Assembly (NCBI GenBank): GCA_020137815.1
Contig: WFME01000023.1
Span: 1 to 25,742 of the forward strand
DNA: 25,742 bases
From: Hormiphora californensis
Lineage: Eukaryota > Animalia > Ctenophora
Direction: 5' to 3'
Part shown: in pieces, positions 9,649 through 19,227 of the stretch
Numbering within the stretch: the stretch's first letter is position 1
Layout of the letters: each line of letters opens with the position of its first letter
The notes under the pieces: model-generated
Database searches by the model: none
The model's input: only the letters and a program-made list of their open reading frames with translations
What the model was told of the DNA's origin: nothing
Made by a program: the position numbers and the translations under genes

Positions 9649-10981
9649 CTCTTATGGGTTCCAACACCCCTAGCCATCTGAGGTATATTGCTGCCCTACC
9701 TGCTCGAGACGGCGGTCTAGCTATCCCCATCCCGACTACACAGGCTAGTGCTGAATTTGCGAACTCTACACAGGCTACAGAACCACTGAAACAGCTGATC
9801 CTTGAACAATCTCTTCTTATCAGTGAAAAACGTGCTGAATCATGCCTTTGGGAAGCGAAAGGAGCGAAGGGGAATGTACTAAAACTAAAACGAACTATTC
9901 AAAATGCCGAAAAACAACAGGCGTGTTCACTTCTGTCCGGTACTGACAGGCGTCTATTCGACGAAATATCGTCTAGGGGAGCTTCAAGCTGGTTAACAGC
10001 TCTGCCTTTGAAAGAGCACGGTTTCGTCCTCAACAAACAGCAATACCGGGACGCCATCTTGCTGCGATACAACCTTCCCCTCGAAGATGTGCCTGTTGCA
10101 TGTGCATGTGGCAAGGCGAACACTCTCGAGCACTGTCTTTCGTGTGCCCTCGGAGGATACGTGTATTTAAGGCACAACAATATCCGTGACCTTACAGCTA
10201 ACATCCTCGTGGAAGCCGGCTGTAAAGATGTCCGCATTGAGCCGCAGCTCCTACCCATAACTGGTGAAACATTCCAATACCGTTCTACTAACACTGCTAA
10301 CAGTGCCCGTTTGGATGTTTCTGCCCGTAATGTGTGGAGTGACTTGGACAAAGTTTACACTGACATCCGTGTATTCAACAGTCTCGCGCCAACCAACATC
10401 GGCAAGTCCCTCCAGGACACTATGAGGAGACACGAGAGGGAAAAGGTATTGAATTACAACGACAGAGTCCTTCAGGTCGAGAAGGCAACTTTCACACCTC
10501 TAGTCTTCTCAACAACTGGGGTTATGGGCCCCCAAGCGGAGCTGAGGTGTTCTACAAGAAGGTTGCTAAACTTCTATCTGACAAAACGGGACACACCTAC
10601 AACGATGCCATCCGGTACATTCGTCTCCGTCTGTCTTTCTCGCTGTTGAAGACCATTCTCATCGCCATCAGGGGGTACAGGGGCAATAAATGGACACACT
10701 TTTGTAGCAAAACATACGATTTTCATCTTATTATCTGATTTATTTATACTTAACTTATTACACCCGTAAGAGTAAATTTTATTTTTATACCTTTTCATGT
10801 AAATAATATTGTACTGACATATATTCTATTTGAACCGGTACCCCGGCCTTCGCAAAAAAAAGTTTTGACAAGTTTTGAAAAGCACTGCCTTATCCCGCGC
10901 TGCGGGGCCAGTTGAAAAGTGCTGCCTTATCCCTGCTATCGGGGGCCAGCTACGTTTGCTAATGACAAGTTTTAAAATAAA

Positions 10982-11083
10982 TCAGGGCTTCAGCCGCTTT
11001 AGAAGCGGCGTCCTCCTAGCACTAACAATGCATAGGCCCAAAAGCGGGATATAAATTATAATTGTATTTGTATTTGTATTTGG
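10982..11083 (+). mobile_element. Short 3'-terminal fragment of an L2/CR1-group LINE or SINE
   Basis: Hairpin GCCGCTT-TAG-AAGCGGC, then AAAAGCGGGATATAAAT and a (TATTTG)3 tail. Confidence 0.6.
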
Positions 11084-11130
11084 GTCACCCATCCCCGAAG
11101 TGAACCATAATAAAGTTCAAGAGTGCACCC

Positions 11131-11460
11131 CATCCAAGAGCGCACCACCTCCAGAAGACACCACTCTAAGAGCACACCACATCAAAGAGAGCTCCCCATC
11201 CAGAAGATACCATGGGCGCAGGGGACACCACATGCAGAAGAGATCACACACGCAAGTACAACGCTGCGCTGGTCTCTTCTGCGCGTGGTGTCCCCTGCGT
11301 GTTATGTGGTATCTTCTGGATGGGGAGCTCTCTTTGATGTGGTGCGCTCTCGGAGTGGTGTCTTCTGGATGTGGTACGCTCTTGGAGTGGTGTCTTCTGG
11401 AGGTGGTGCGCTCTTGGATGTGGTCTCTTTTGGGTGTGGTGCGCTCTCAGGTGTGCTCTC
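11131..11460. repeat. Foldback of ~16-bp subrepeats
   Basis: 11131-11245 (..AGAGCGCACCACCTCC..) is inverted at 11272-11420 around a ~26-nt loop. The right arm has extra units. Confidence 0.8.
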
Positions 11461-12088
11461 TCTTCGATGGATAGTACTGGGAGGTAGGGAGAGATGGAGG
11501 GTAGAGGGGCAGTGACTGTGATGTGGGTGGTAGGGATGCCAGATGTGGGAACATGAGTGTACGGGTAGTGGGGGAGGTGCTGGGAGAGGAGGGTGAAGCA
11601 TGGGCGTGACAAGGCCTGAAGAGACAGTGGTGGCAAGAGGAAATCGGAGGAAGATCGCCAACCTAGCCTGTACTGAGCTAGTTACGTGAACGGTGAAGTG
11701 AATAAGAAGAGGATAAGAAGAATTATCAAGACCATGAATTAATTTATTTATTCCGTTTTTCTTAGCTTTCTAAATTTTTTAACCTTTTTTACGTTTCTAA
11801 CTCCGGTTTTTACCTGACGAGATAGCGACTTCATCCCGAGTGCATTTAGGTCTTAAATCCATCGTTCCAATGTACCCGGAATGAAGTTTTTTTATCAGGA
11901 ACCAGAGATATCGCAGAAACAAACTTTGCGAAAACGGGGGGGGGGGGGGGGGGGCAAGGAAAGTTACACCGAAACCATCCTCCATCCGTGAGAAGACTCA
12001 GTCTACTCAGAGCAACACTTGTTGGCTGGTGATCAATGCCCCTGAGGTGCCCTCCTAGTACATCCTCGATCGAGTTTACGATAAATGT

Positions 12089-12530
12089 ATTTCGAAGTTA
12101 GGAAGGCCAAGGCTTGGGGTACCCTAAATAAGATGAACAGAGTCTGGAATAGAAAAAAAAAATAGATGTCTAGAAAGATGAAAGTGAGGTTGTTCAGATC
12201 CACTGTTGAGACCATCTTACATCTTTCTCTACGGTCTACGGATCTGAAACGTGGACAATAACCAAGAGCCTAGGCAAGAAGATTGATGGGTATTACTCGA
12301 GGATGTTGAGGGCAGCACTGAACATCAGGTGTGCGGACAGGGTGTCAAATGCCGTGGTTTTCCAAGATATCCCTCGTGTAACTGAGAAGATAAGAAGCCA
12401 GAGACTGAGAATGGCGGGGCACCTTGCAAGACACGATGGCCTAGTGGGACATGACTGATGAACTACTTATGTGGATTGTGGAAACCAGCTCATGGCCAGG
12501 CGCGGCGTAGCAGCCCGTTACTAACATTCA
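12089..12530 (+). mobile_element. Degenerate RTE-clade LINE, C-terminal fragment, left part
   Basis: With frameshifts it translates to RKAKAWGTLNKMNRVW..KVRLFRSTVETIL..YGSETWT..RMLRAALNI..RLRMAGHLARH..PAHGQARRSSPLLTF. Confidence 0.8.
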
Positions 12531-12561
12531 AACTTTTCAACACTACAGCCCGTTACTAACA

Positions 12562-12601
12562 TTCAAACTTTTCAACACTACTTTAAACAAATTAATTTGA
12601 G
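12562..12601 (+). other. Ctenophore spliced-leader sequence forming the 5' end of the full-length LINE
   Basis: TTCAAACTTTTCAACACTACTTTAAACAAATTAATTTGAG matches, from memory, the major Pleurobrachia/Hormiphora SL. It lies exactly at the insertion junction and is followed by GC rather than a GT donor, so it is not an SL RNA gene. Confidence 0.85.
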
Positions 12602-12630
12602 GCTTGGCCTCTAGGTCCCGATGAAATAGA

Positions 12631-14430
12631 ATGGGCTCGAGGATGACTGGGGAGATAACGATAAGGCACGACAACCTTGAGAGGACGCTCCTCGAGATAT
12701 CTACTACAGACTCTGTGGTCGTGAGTAGGGACGACCTTGAACTCTTAGTTACCAGGGCATTAAATAAAACCCCTCCCCCAATCCCCACCCGGACAATTAA
12801 AAACGGCCTTGCAGTGCTTTATTCCAGTTTTATAGACTCTTTCTCAGCTGAGTCATTATTGGGTGAGCTGAACCTTCCTCCCCGGGTATCTAGAGGCAAT
12901 AGGTTCGCCTGGTATTCTGAGACTGGGGTTACATACGGCTGGGGCAACATCTCTCTTAGGCCGTCCCCCCTTCCCGTCCCCCTGTCAGCCCTCCTACAGC
13001 GAGTAAACAGGACCTTTAAAACAAAGTTTAATGGGTGCCTTATGATACGCTACATGAACGGTGATGAGAATCTACCCCTCCACCAGGATAGAGAGGATAT
13101 GAATGACCCGTCTTCCCCCATCTTTACAATATCTCTTGGGGCAACACGTTTCCTTGACTTTCTAGATGGCAGATACAGATCAGAGAGCAGTTTTGAGGGT
13201 AGTCTCACCCTGCACAATGGTGACGGAGTCATGTTTATGCCAGAGTGTCAAGACCAACTCTGGCATGGGTGTCCAAAGTACCCAGGTCAGTCAGGTGAGA
13301 GGGTGGCTCTGTCCTTCCGAAGAGTCAAGGTACCGGATAATCACTCACCCCTCAACTCCACGCCCGACCGATCGCACCAATCCCCGGCTCCGACTCCGCC
13401 GACTCTACCCGAAACTCCTGTACATACTTTACAGTCTGTTTCCTCAAACCAGCCTGAAATGTCCTCCCCGCCTCGCTACCTCCCAGACACAACTATTGTC
13501 TCCCACACTTCACCACTGACTGACCCACCGGTCTCTGAGGCACTACAATCCTCACCTCCATTCCCAGTACCAGTCTCTGAAATCGTACCAGTCTCTGAAA
13601 TCGCCCCGGTGGTCTCTGAAACCCCATCACCACCTCTCAACTCCAACACTCCACCGGTCTCAGGCATCGCCCCAGTGGGCTCTGGTCCCCCACCAGTGGG
13701 CTCTGGTCCACCACCTCTCAACTCCAACACTCCACCGGTCTCAGGCATCGCCCCAGTGGGCTCTGGTCCCCCACCTAACTCCTCCACCACCCCACCATCC
13801 TCTGCGACCCCACCGGCCGTCTCTTCCGGGCTTCCTGTCTTGCACCCTTCTCGAACTCCGGCTGAGCCACGCCACCCCACACGCCACCTCATCATCGGCG
13901 ACTCCATGGTCAGGGGTCTCAAGCTGAACTTCAACCAACACCAAGCTCAAGTTCATGCAATGGGGGGTGCCACTATCCCTGACTTGATTAGAGTGTGCAG
14001 TTCTTGGACTCGAGATTTGGACATTGATTCCATCAGTATACTAGTGGGCACCAATGACATATCTTCTCCTCATGGCATCTTAGATATATGTCATATGTAT
14101 TTGGGTCTCATTGATTTACTTAGTTACCGTTTTCCGCGTGCATCAATAAACTGTCTAAGCGTTCTACCGAGACTGGACCGTCCTGAGTTAGCCCCCCGTA
14201 TTATCAGATTTAACCAAACAATGAGGGGTGTCATTGATGACTATTTCGGGAGTAATGGTGAAATGTGTGTTGGCTGGCTTGACTGCTTTGATGATTTCTT
14301 GGAGCACTGTGGGTGCTGTGTTAATCGCTCATTGTTTGGACGAGGTATGCTCCACCCCAGTGCTCTTGGTAAGAGGCATTTAGTCAATATTTTTAAGTAT
14401 CTCTTGAGTCCGTATAATAGAGCCAGCTAG
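12631..14430 (+). CDS. LINE ORF1: AlkB-family 2OG-Fe(II) dioxygenase + Pro/Ser/Thr-rich linker + SGNH/GDSL esterase (599 aa)
   Basis: AlkB motifs: FNGCLMIRY, HQD (13081), ISLGATR, LHNGD, WHG (13264), RVALSFR. SGNH blocks: IIGDS (13897), GGAT, VGTND, LHP. Confidence 0.88.
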   Translation: MGSRMTGEITIRHDNLERTLLEISTTDSVVVSRDDLELLVTRALNKTPPPIPTRTIKNGLAVLYSSFIDSFSAESLLGELNLPPRVSRGNRFAWYSETGVTYGWGNISLRPSPLPVPLSALLQRVNRTFKTKFNGCLMIRYMNGDENLPLHQDREDMNDPSSPIFTISLGATRFLDFLDGRYRSESSFEGSLTLHNGDGVMFMPECQDQLWHGCPKYPGQSGERVALSFRRVKVPDNHSPLNSTPDRSHQSPAPTPPTLPETPVHTLQSVSSNQPEMSSPPRYLPDTTIVSHTSPLTDPPVSEALQSSPPFPVPVSEIVPVSEIAPVVSETPSPPLNSNTPPVSGIAPVGSGPPPVGSGPPPLNSNTPPVSGIAPVGSGPPPNSSTTPPSSATPPAVSSGLPVLHPSRTPAEPRHPTRHLIIGDSMVRGLKLNFNQHQAQVHAMGGATIPDLIRVCSSWTRDLDIDSISILVGTNDISSPHGILDICHMYLGLIDLLSYRFPRASINCLSVLPRLDRPELAPRIIRFNQTMRGVIDDYFGSNGEMCVGWLDCFDDFLEHCGCCVNRSLFGRGMLHPSALGKRHLVNIFKYLLSPYNRAS

Positions 14431-14521
14431 TTCTTAATCCTCATATATAGTTCAATAGGGAGTCTAGTGAAATCTCCCCAGTCATACCAACAAATTTAGT
14501 TAAGCTTACTTAAAATCGACA

Positions 14522-17500
14522 ATGATCGATTTACAACTCTATAGATTCAGAGTCGGATGCTTCCAATCTATCAAAGTACACTCTCTCTCGAAGAAGCACC
14601 GATCTCAACCATTTCCTCACTCTATTGAGGAAACGAGCAGCCGCACAGATGATCCACAACCACAACCCCCACAAAACACTCGTTCATGTCTAAAAACTAT
14701 AATCTTTCTAACAGCACTGTCTCTCTGTATCCTATTAAACTCTCTGGTTGTTTACCACCTACAGTCGCATTCAATCTCTGCTTCATCCTCCCCGTCATTA
14801 AATCTGTCCTCCCAAATACCAAGTACGCTCTTCCCTAAATACCTATTAATTACATACATTGCCTCTATCTATCCTAAAAATACATTAGTCAACAACCGTG
14901 GTCTCTATTTTATTGCTGGTCTGGCTCTCCTTCTCCTCGTTCAATGTAACCCAGGTATTAAAAACCCTGGCCCCGATAGAATTAAAATAGTATATTGTAA
15001 TGCACAGGGCCTCATACATATGAATAGCATTGGTGGCGACTGCCCTATTTTCCAAACTAAAAAACTCCTTGATCTCCAGGCATACTTGTACACACATGAA
15101 CCTGACATAGTTATAGTTAATGAAACCTGGCTCAACTCCTATGTAGGCAATAATGAAATTGTATCTGACTCTCTCTACACCATATTTAGAAAAGATAGAA
15201 GTGATATCGACAAAAACAAGTATGGTAAAAAAGGGGGCGGTGGAGTAATGATATTATGTAAAAACCATAGTGATATACAGTACTCTGCTATTATGGAGCA
15301 AACTGACCTACCAATAGTTAGTATTCTAGTTAAGCCTAAGAAAGGACCTAAGTTATGCATCTCGACCTATTACAGATACGACTACTCCGACTGTGAATCC
15401 AACAGTCAAGCTGAAAAGTATTATAAAGTTCTCTCGAAGCGATATAATTCCCTTACAATAATAGGCGACCTCAATCTTAGCTCTATAAAAAACTGGGATT
15501 TGCCTTCATCCAATGTTGGGAGACACTCTAGTTTCCTTGAAATCGTAAGTAACCTTGGTATGGTATCCCTGATAAACTCTCCTACGCATCGTTCAGGAAA
15601 TATCCTAGACCTCATTCTAACAAATAGACCTAGCATATATAATCAAGTTAAAGTTGAACAGGATCTATTAGTTAAATCTGATCATAGCACAATTAAATGT
15701 ACCATCAATTTAGGAGTCTCCATGAAAAATACTGCCAAGTTTAGAAAATTTGCATATAAGAAAGCAAACTGGGATCGGATTAACCAAGATCTGAACTCAT
15801 GTAATTGGAATGCTCTTTTTGTAGGCCTTAATGCTCGAGAATGTGTATCCTGTCTCAAATCAAAACTAGACATTATCCTAAAAAGGTACGTTCCTATGGT
15901 CACTGTTAAACCCTCCTCTCGTCCACCCTGGTTCGATGATGACCTAAAAGCTCTCCGAAAATCTGTAGAAAGAGCCCGCAAGCTTCATCTTAAGCACCCT
16001 GACGATATCACCTTAAACGACGAATACGTATCCCTGGCTGACAATTACAAACTCTCTGTAGAAGACAAAAGAGCTAGTTACTATACAGACGAGGAAATGA
16101 ACGACAATAATACTATAACTAAAAAGTTCTACAAGTATCTTAAATCTTTAGTAGGGAGCACTAGAATTCCCGATTCTGTTAGTGACAATAACAACTCTTC
16201 CTGTAGAACTTCTGAAAAATGTAACATGTTCAACAACTTCTTCTGTGCTCAATTTTCTGATATTAGTAGTTACAATACAGTAATCGATCCTAACAGGAAC
16301 CACGTAAATGACTGTAATAATCTTCTATTTAGAGAGGAGGATGTTCAAAAAATCCTCAAGGACATAAACCCCTCCAAAGCAACTGGTCCTGACAATATAG
16401 ACGGTATTGTTCTTAAAAAATGTTCTTCAGTCCTAGCTCGCCCTCTTGCATACATCTATAATCTCTCATACCATTCCAGTTATTTGCCATCAGAATGGAA
16501 AGAGGCAAATGTAGTGCCAGTCCACAAGAAAGGGGACAAGTCTCTAGTTAAAAATTATCGGCCTATATCTCTAACCTGCCTAGTAATGAAGGTATTTGAA
16601 AGACTCATTAGGGACAAGCTCTTCCTTATTTGCCAAGATAAAATTTCTCCTCATCAACATGGCTTCGTACCTAATAAATCATGCTGTACCCAGATGATTG
16701 AATTCACTGACAGCCTCGCCTACAATATAAATAACCATCTTCAGACTGATATCGTATATTTTGATTTTGCTAAGGCCTTTGATAGTGTTAATCATGATGT
16801 AATTATAGATAAGCTCCGAGATCATTACAATATTAATGGGAAAATGTTAAGTTTCATTATAGAATATCTTAGGGATAGAAAACAGCGGGTAGTTATAGAT
16901 AGTATATCCTCTGAATGGGCACCAGTACATTCTGGGGTGCCTCAAGGATCCATTTTAGGACCACTTCTTTTTGTCTTATTTATTAATGATATCACTAGTG
17001 TAATCAATCAGGGTACCAATAGTAGGCTATATGCTGATGATCTCAAAATATGGAAAAGTGTACACTCTCCCTCAGATAGCCTACAACCTGATATCGACAA
17101 CCTTCACAAATGGTCTATAGAAAACCGCATCTCCTTCCACCCAGCTAAATGTAAATTAATAAGGCTTAATCTAAATAGACGTGAAATAGCTCATTCTTAC
17201 ACTCTTGCAGGGGAATTAATTGTTTCAGTTTCCTCTGAGAAAGACCTCGGCGTTCTTATTAGTAACCGTTTGAGTTATGAGGAGCACAGGAATTCTATTC
17301 TTGCTTCCCAGAGGCAAAAGTTAGGGCTATTAAAGAGGCACAGTAAATTAGCTAGGACACCACCTGAACGGAAGACCCTATACTTGTCTCTTGTGCGGTC
17401 CTTACTAGAACATTGCTCACAAATCTGGAGACCAACTAGTACAGCTGGGATTGAAAAGTTAGAAAAACTCCAGAAGCGAGCGATAAAATGGATACTAGAT

Positions 17501-17899
17501 GAAGAAAATTCTAGCTACTCTGAGGTAGAATATTTTTCCAAGCTTGCCAACCTCAACATACCTCCTATTCGTAATAAATTCGAGCTTAATGATTTAATGT
17601 TTCTGCACAAAATAATATATGGTACCTCCCCAATCGATCTCCCTCCTTATCTCTCGTTCTTTACCCCGTCTCAGATAGTAATAAACACTAGGGCCCAATC
17701 CAATATGGATTCACTCCACCTGATGACGTCCGAGGTTCCTAGAGTTAACATATTTGAAAATTCCTTCTTCTACCGTGCCCACAAGCTCTGGAACCTTCTT
17801 CCGCTTTCCCTGAGAGCTACTTCTGATCCCATAATTTTCTCTTCTCAATTAAAAAGACATCTTTGGGATAGTTCTGGGACTGATCAGGGTGTCACTTAG
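14522..17899 (+). CDS. LINE ORF2: hydrophobic leader + APE endonuclease + reverse transcriptase (1125 aa)
   Basis: APE: NETWL, GDLN, LDL, SDH. RT: YRPISL, QHGF, DFAKAFDSV, GVPQGSILGPLLF, YADD, KDLGV. Confidence 0.96.
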   Translation: MIDLQLYRFRVGCFQSIKVHSLSKKHRSQPFPHSIEETSSRTDDPQPQPPQNTRSCLKTIIFLTALSLCILLNSLVVYHLQSHSISASSSPSLNLSSQIPSTLFPKYLLITYIASIYPKNTLVNNRGLYFIAGLALLLLVQCNPGIKNPGPDRIKIVYCNAQGLIHMNSIGGDCPIFQTKKLLDLQAYLYTHEPDIVIVNETWLNSYVGNNEIVSDSLYTIFRKDRSDIDKNKYGKKGGGGVMILCKNHSDIQYSAIMEQTDLPIVSILVKPKKGPKLCISTYYRYDYSDCESNSQAEKYYKVLSKRYNSLTIIGDLNLSSIKNWDLPSSNVGRHSSFLEIVSNLGMVSLINSPTHRSGNILDLILTNRPSIYNQVKVEQDLLVKSDHSTIKCTINLGVSMKNTAKFRKFAYKKANWDRINQDLNSCNWNALFVGLNARECVSCLKSKLDIILKRYVPMVTVKPSSRPPWFDDDLKALRKSVERARKLHLKHPDDITLNDEYVSLADNYKLSVEDKRASYYTDEEMNDNNTITKKFYKYLKSLVGSTRIPDSVSDNNNSSCRTSEKCNMFNNFFCAQFSDISSYNTVIDPNRNHVNDCNNLLFREEDVQKILKDINPSKATGPDNIDGIVLKKCSSVLARPLAYIYNLSYHSSYLPSEWKEANVVPVHKKGDKSLVKNYRPISLTCLVMKVFERLIRDKLFLICQDKISPHQHGFVPNKSCCTQMIEFTDSLAYNINNHLQTDIVYFDFAKAFDSVNHDVIIDKLRDHYNINGKMLSFIIEYLRDRKQRVVIDSISSEWAPVHSGVPQGSILGPLLFVLFINDITSVINQGTNSRLYADDLKIWKSVHSPSDSLQPDIDNLHKWSIENRISFHPAKCKLIRLNLNRREIAHSYTLAGELIVSVSSEKDLGVLISNRLSYEEHRNSILASQRQKLGLLKRHSKLARTPPERKTLYLSLVRSLLEHCSQIWRPTSTAGIEKLEKLQKRAIKWILDEENSSYSEVEYFSKLANLNIPPIRNKFELNDLMFLHKIIYGTSPIDLPPYLSFFTPSQIVINTRAQSNMDSLHLMTSEVPRVNIFENSFFYRAHKLWNLLPLSLRATSDPIIFSSQLKRHLWDSSGTDQGVT

Positions 17900-18082
17900 G
17901 TAGTCACCAAATGGGTCTTCTTTTATAGTTCTCATAATATCGAAAGTGTTTCACTTCAGCATTTAACTCGTGCTCTCTACTCCATTTTGGCGCGGTTTAA
18001 CCGTTTTTATGTATCCTGTCAAGTATCTCTCCTATTGTTCCCATGTGTATCTCTCAGTCAGTTCATTTCTCTCTTTCTCTTT

Positions 18083-18183
<101 letters not shown>

Positions 18184-18628
18184 ATTGTCTAACTACTCTT
18201 TCAGTTCCTAACTGCTCTCTAATTATTGGCTTGTGTTGAACATGTGATCTCTCCACCATTAGCCAATAGCGCTCTCGTGTCATTTACTCTCTCTTGGTCT
18301 TGGAAATATTCCAATCATAGCAGAAGCACCATCATAACATTATTACTCATGTTGATCATTATCATCAGTCGGCTGCTCATGCTCAAATCTAAATAAAATT
18401 AATATCTATTTAATAACTATGATAATACTATAAATATCATATTCTCATATATTCTATAAATTGATTTAATATCTCTCTTGATAGGTGTAAGCGCTGTCTA
18501 CAGCCCTCCGCTATCTGGCTCTATTGTACAGGGAAATTTATCTTTATATCTATATTATGTGTGTCTATATCTACGCGTGTTTGTGTCCCTGTATTGTAGA
18601 CCTTTTAGTTTGAAAATCAAATCAAAAT

Positions 18629-18766
18629 CAGATGTCCTATTACAAGACCTGGACGATGTGTGTGATAATAGTAACGAAATGCTTGAACTTATGTGCAACC
18701 GGGATAACTGGAAATCGTTCATTACTACTCGTCCTCTCCGGTCGCCATAAGTCAAGTAAGTCAGTC
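18629..18766 (+). mobile_element. RTE-clade LINE fragment, right part with 3' tail
   Basis: DVLLQDLDDVCDNSNEMLELMCNRDNWKSFI..* continues the 12089-12530 fragment. The tail is AAGTCAAGTAAGTCAGTC. Confidence 0.78.
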
Positions 18767-19227
18767 ATATAAAACTTGGCTCTCACGCCTTTGTTTTAGT
18801 GAGGGAGTCAGATTTTTGACTCCCTGTGGCAGCCTAGGGCCTAATCTCAGGGAGGAGGGTGCTGCAGGTCCTTCACAGAAAGGATCCGGGGAGGGAGGTA
18901 TCTCTGGGGAAAGGCCAGGAATAATGGATATGTCCCGTAGCCGCTATCCTGGGGGCCTGATGGATCAAACAGTGTGGTCAACTGCAACATATTGGTAAAC
19001 TAGATTTGGGAGAATCCTGCGACCTATACGACAACATTATCCCTCTCTCGAGAGGGGAAGTTGTCTGAAGGCCTGGAGGACACTTCTTACAGTGGAGGGA
19101 GTGATAGGATGTATCGCCTGCTAAACAGCGGGGCTTACAAACATGGAGGGTGGCTCTTTTTTAACAAGAAATACAAAGCACTCTTTTTAAGTTATGCAGA
19201 AAACATGTTAAAACATAATTCCACTAT

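Larger units (their letters stand above)
6001..10738 (+). pseudogene. PHD-RT-RLE polyprotein of the CRE-like element (frameshifts near 6150, 8945, 10545; insertions at 6494-7912 and 9565-9657)
   Basis: PHD: CKTC..CNSC..WYHYTC..WFCHNC. GWRP|NLFKLPKG rejoins across the MITE. RT: GVRPIGIGEVLRR, DASNAFN, GTTQGD, YADD, RYLGSPIG. Knuckle: CACG..HCLSC..RHN. RLE: RLDV..DIRV..HEREK, FTPLVFSTTG. Confidence 0.88.
5956..10903 (+). mobile_element. CRE-clade (RLE-type) non-LTR retrotransposon, disrupted
   Basis: PHD finger, RT, CCHC knuckle and PD-(D/E)xK endonuclease in one reconstructed ORF. A8 tract at 10854-10861. 29-bp direct repeats at 5956-5984 and 10875-10903. Confidence 0.85.

Noticed and set aside
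11100-11661. Four overlapping 119-130 aa ORFs
   Set aside because: They arise from the stop-poor foldback minisatellite and show no domain signal.
12562-12640. SL RNA gene
   Set aside because: The SL is followed by GC and LINE sequence, not a GT donor, SL intron and Sm site.
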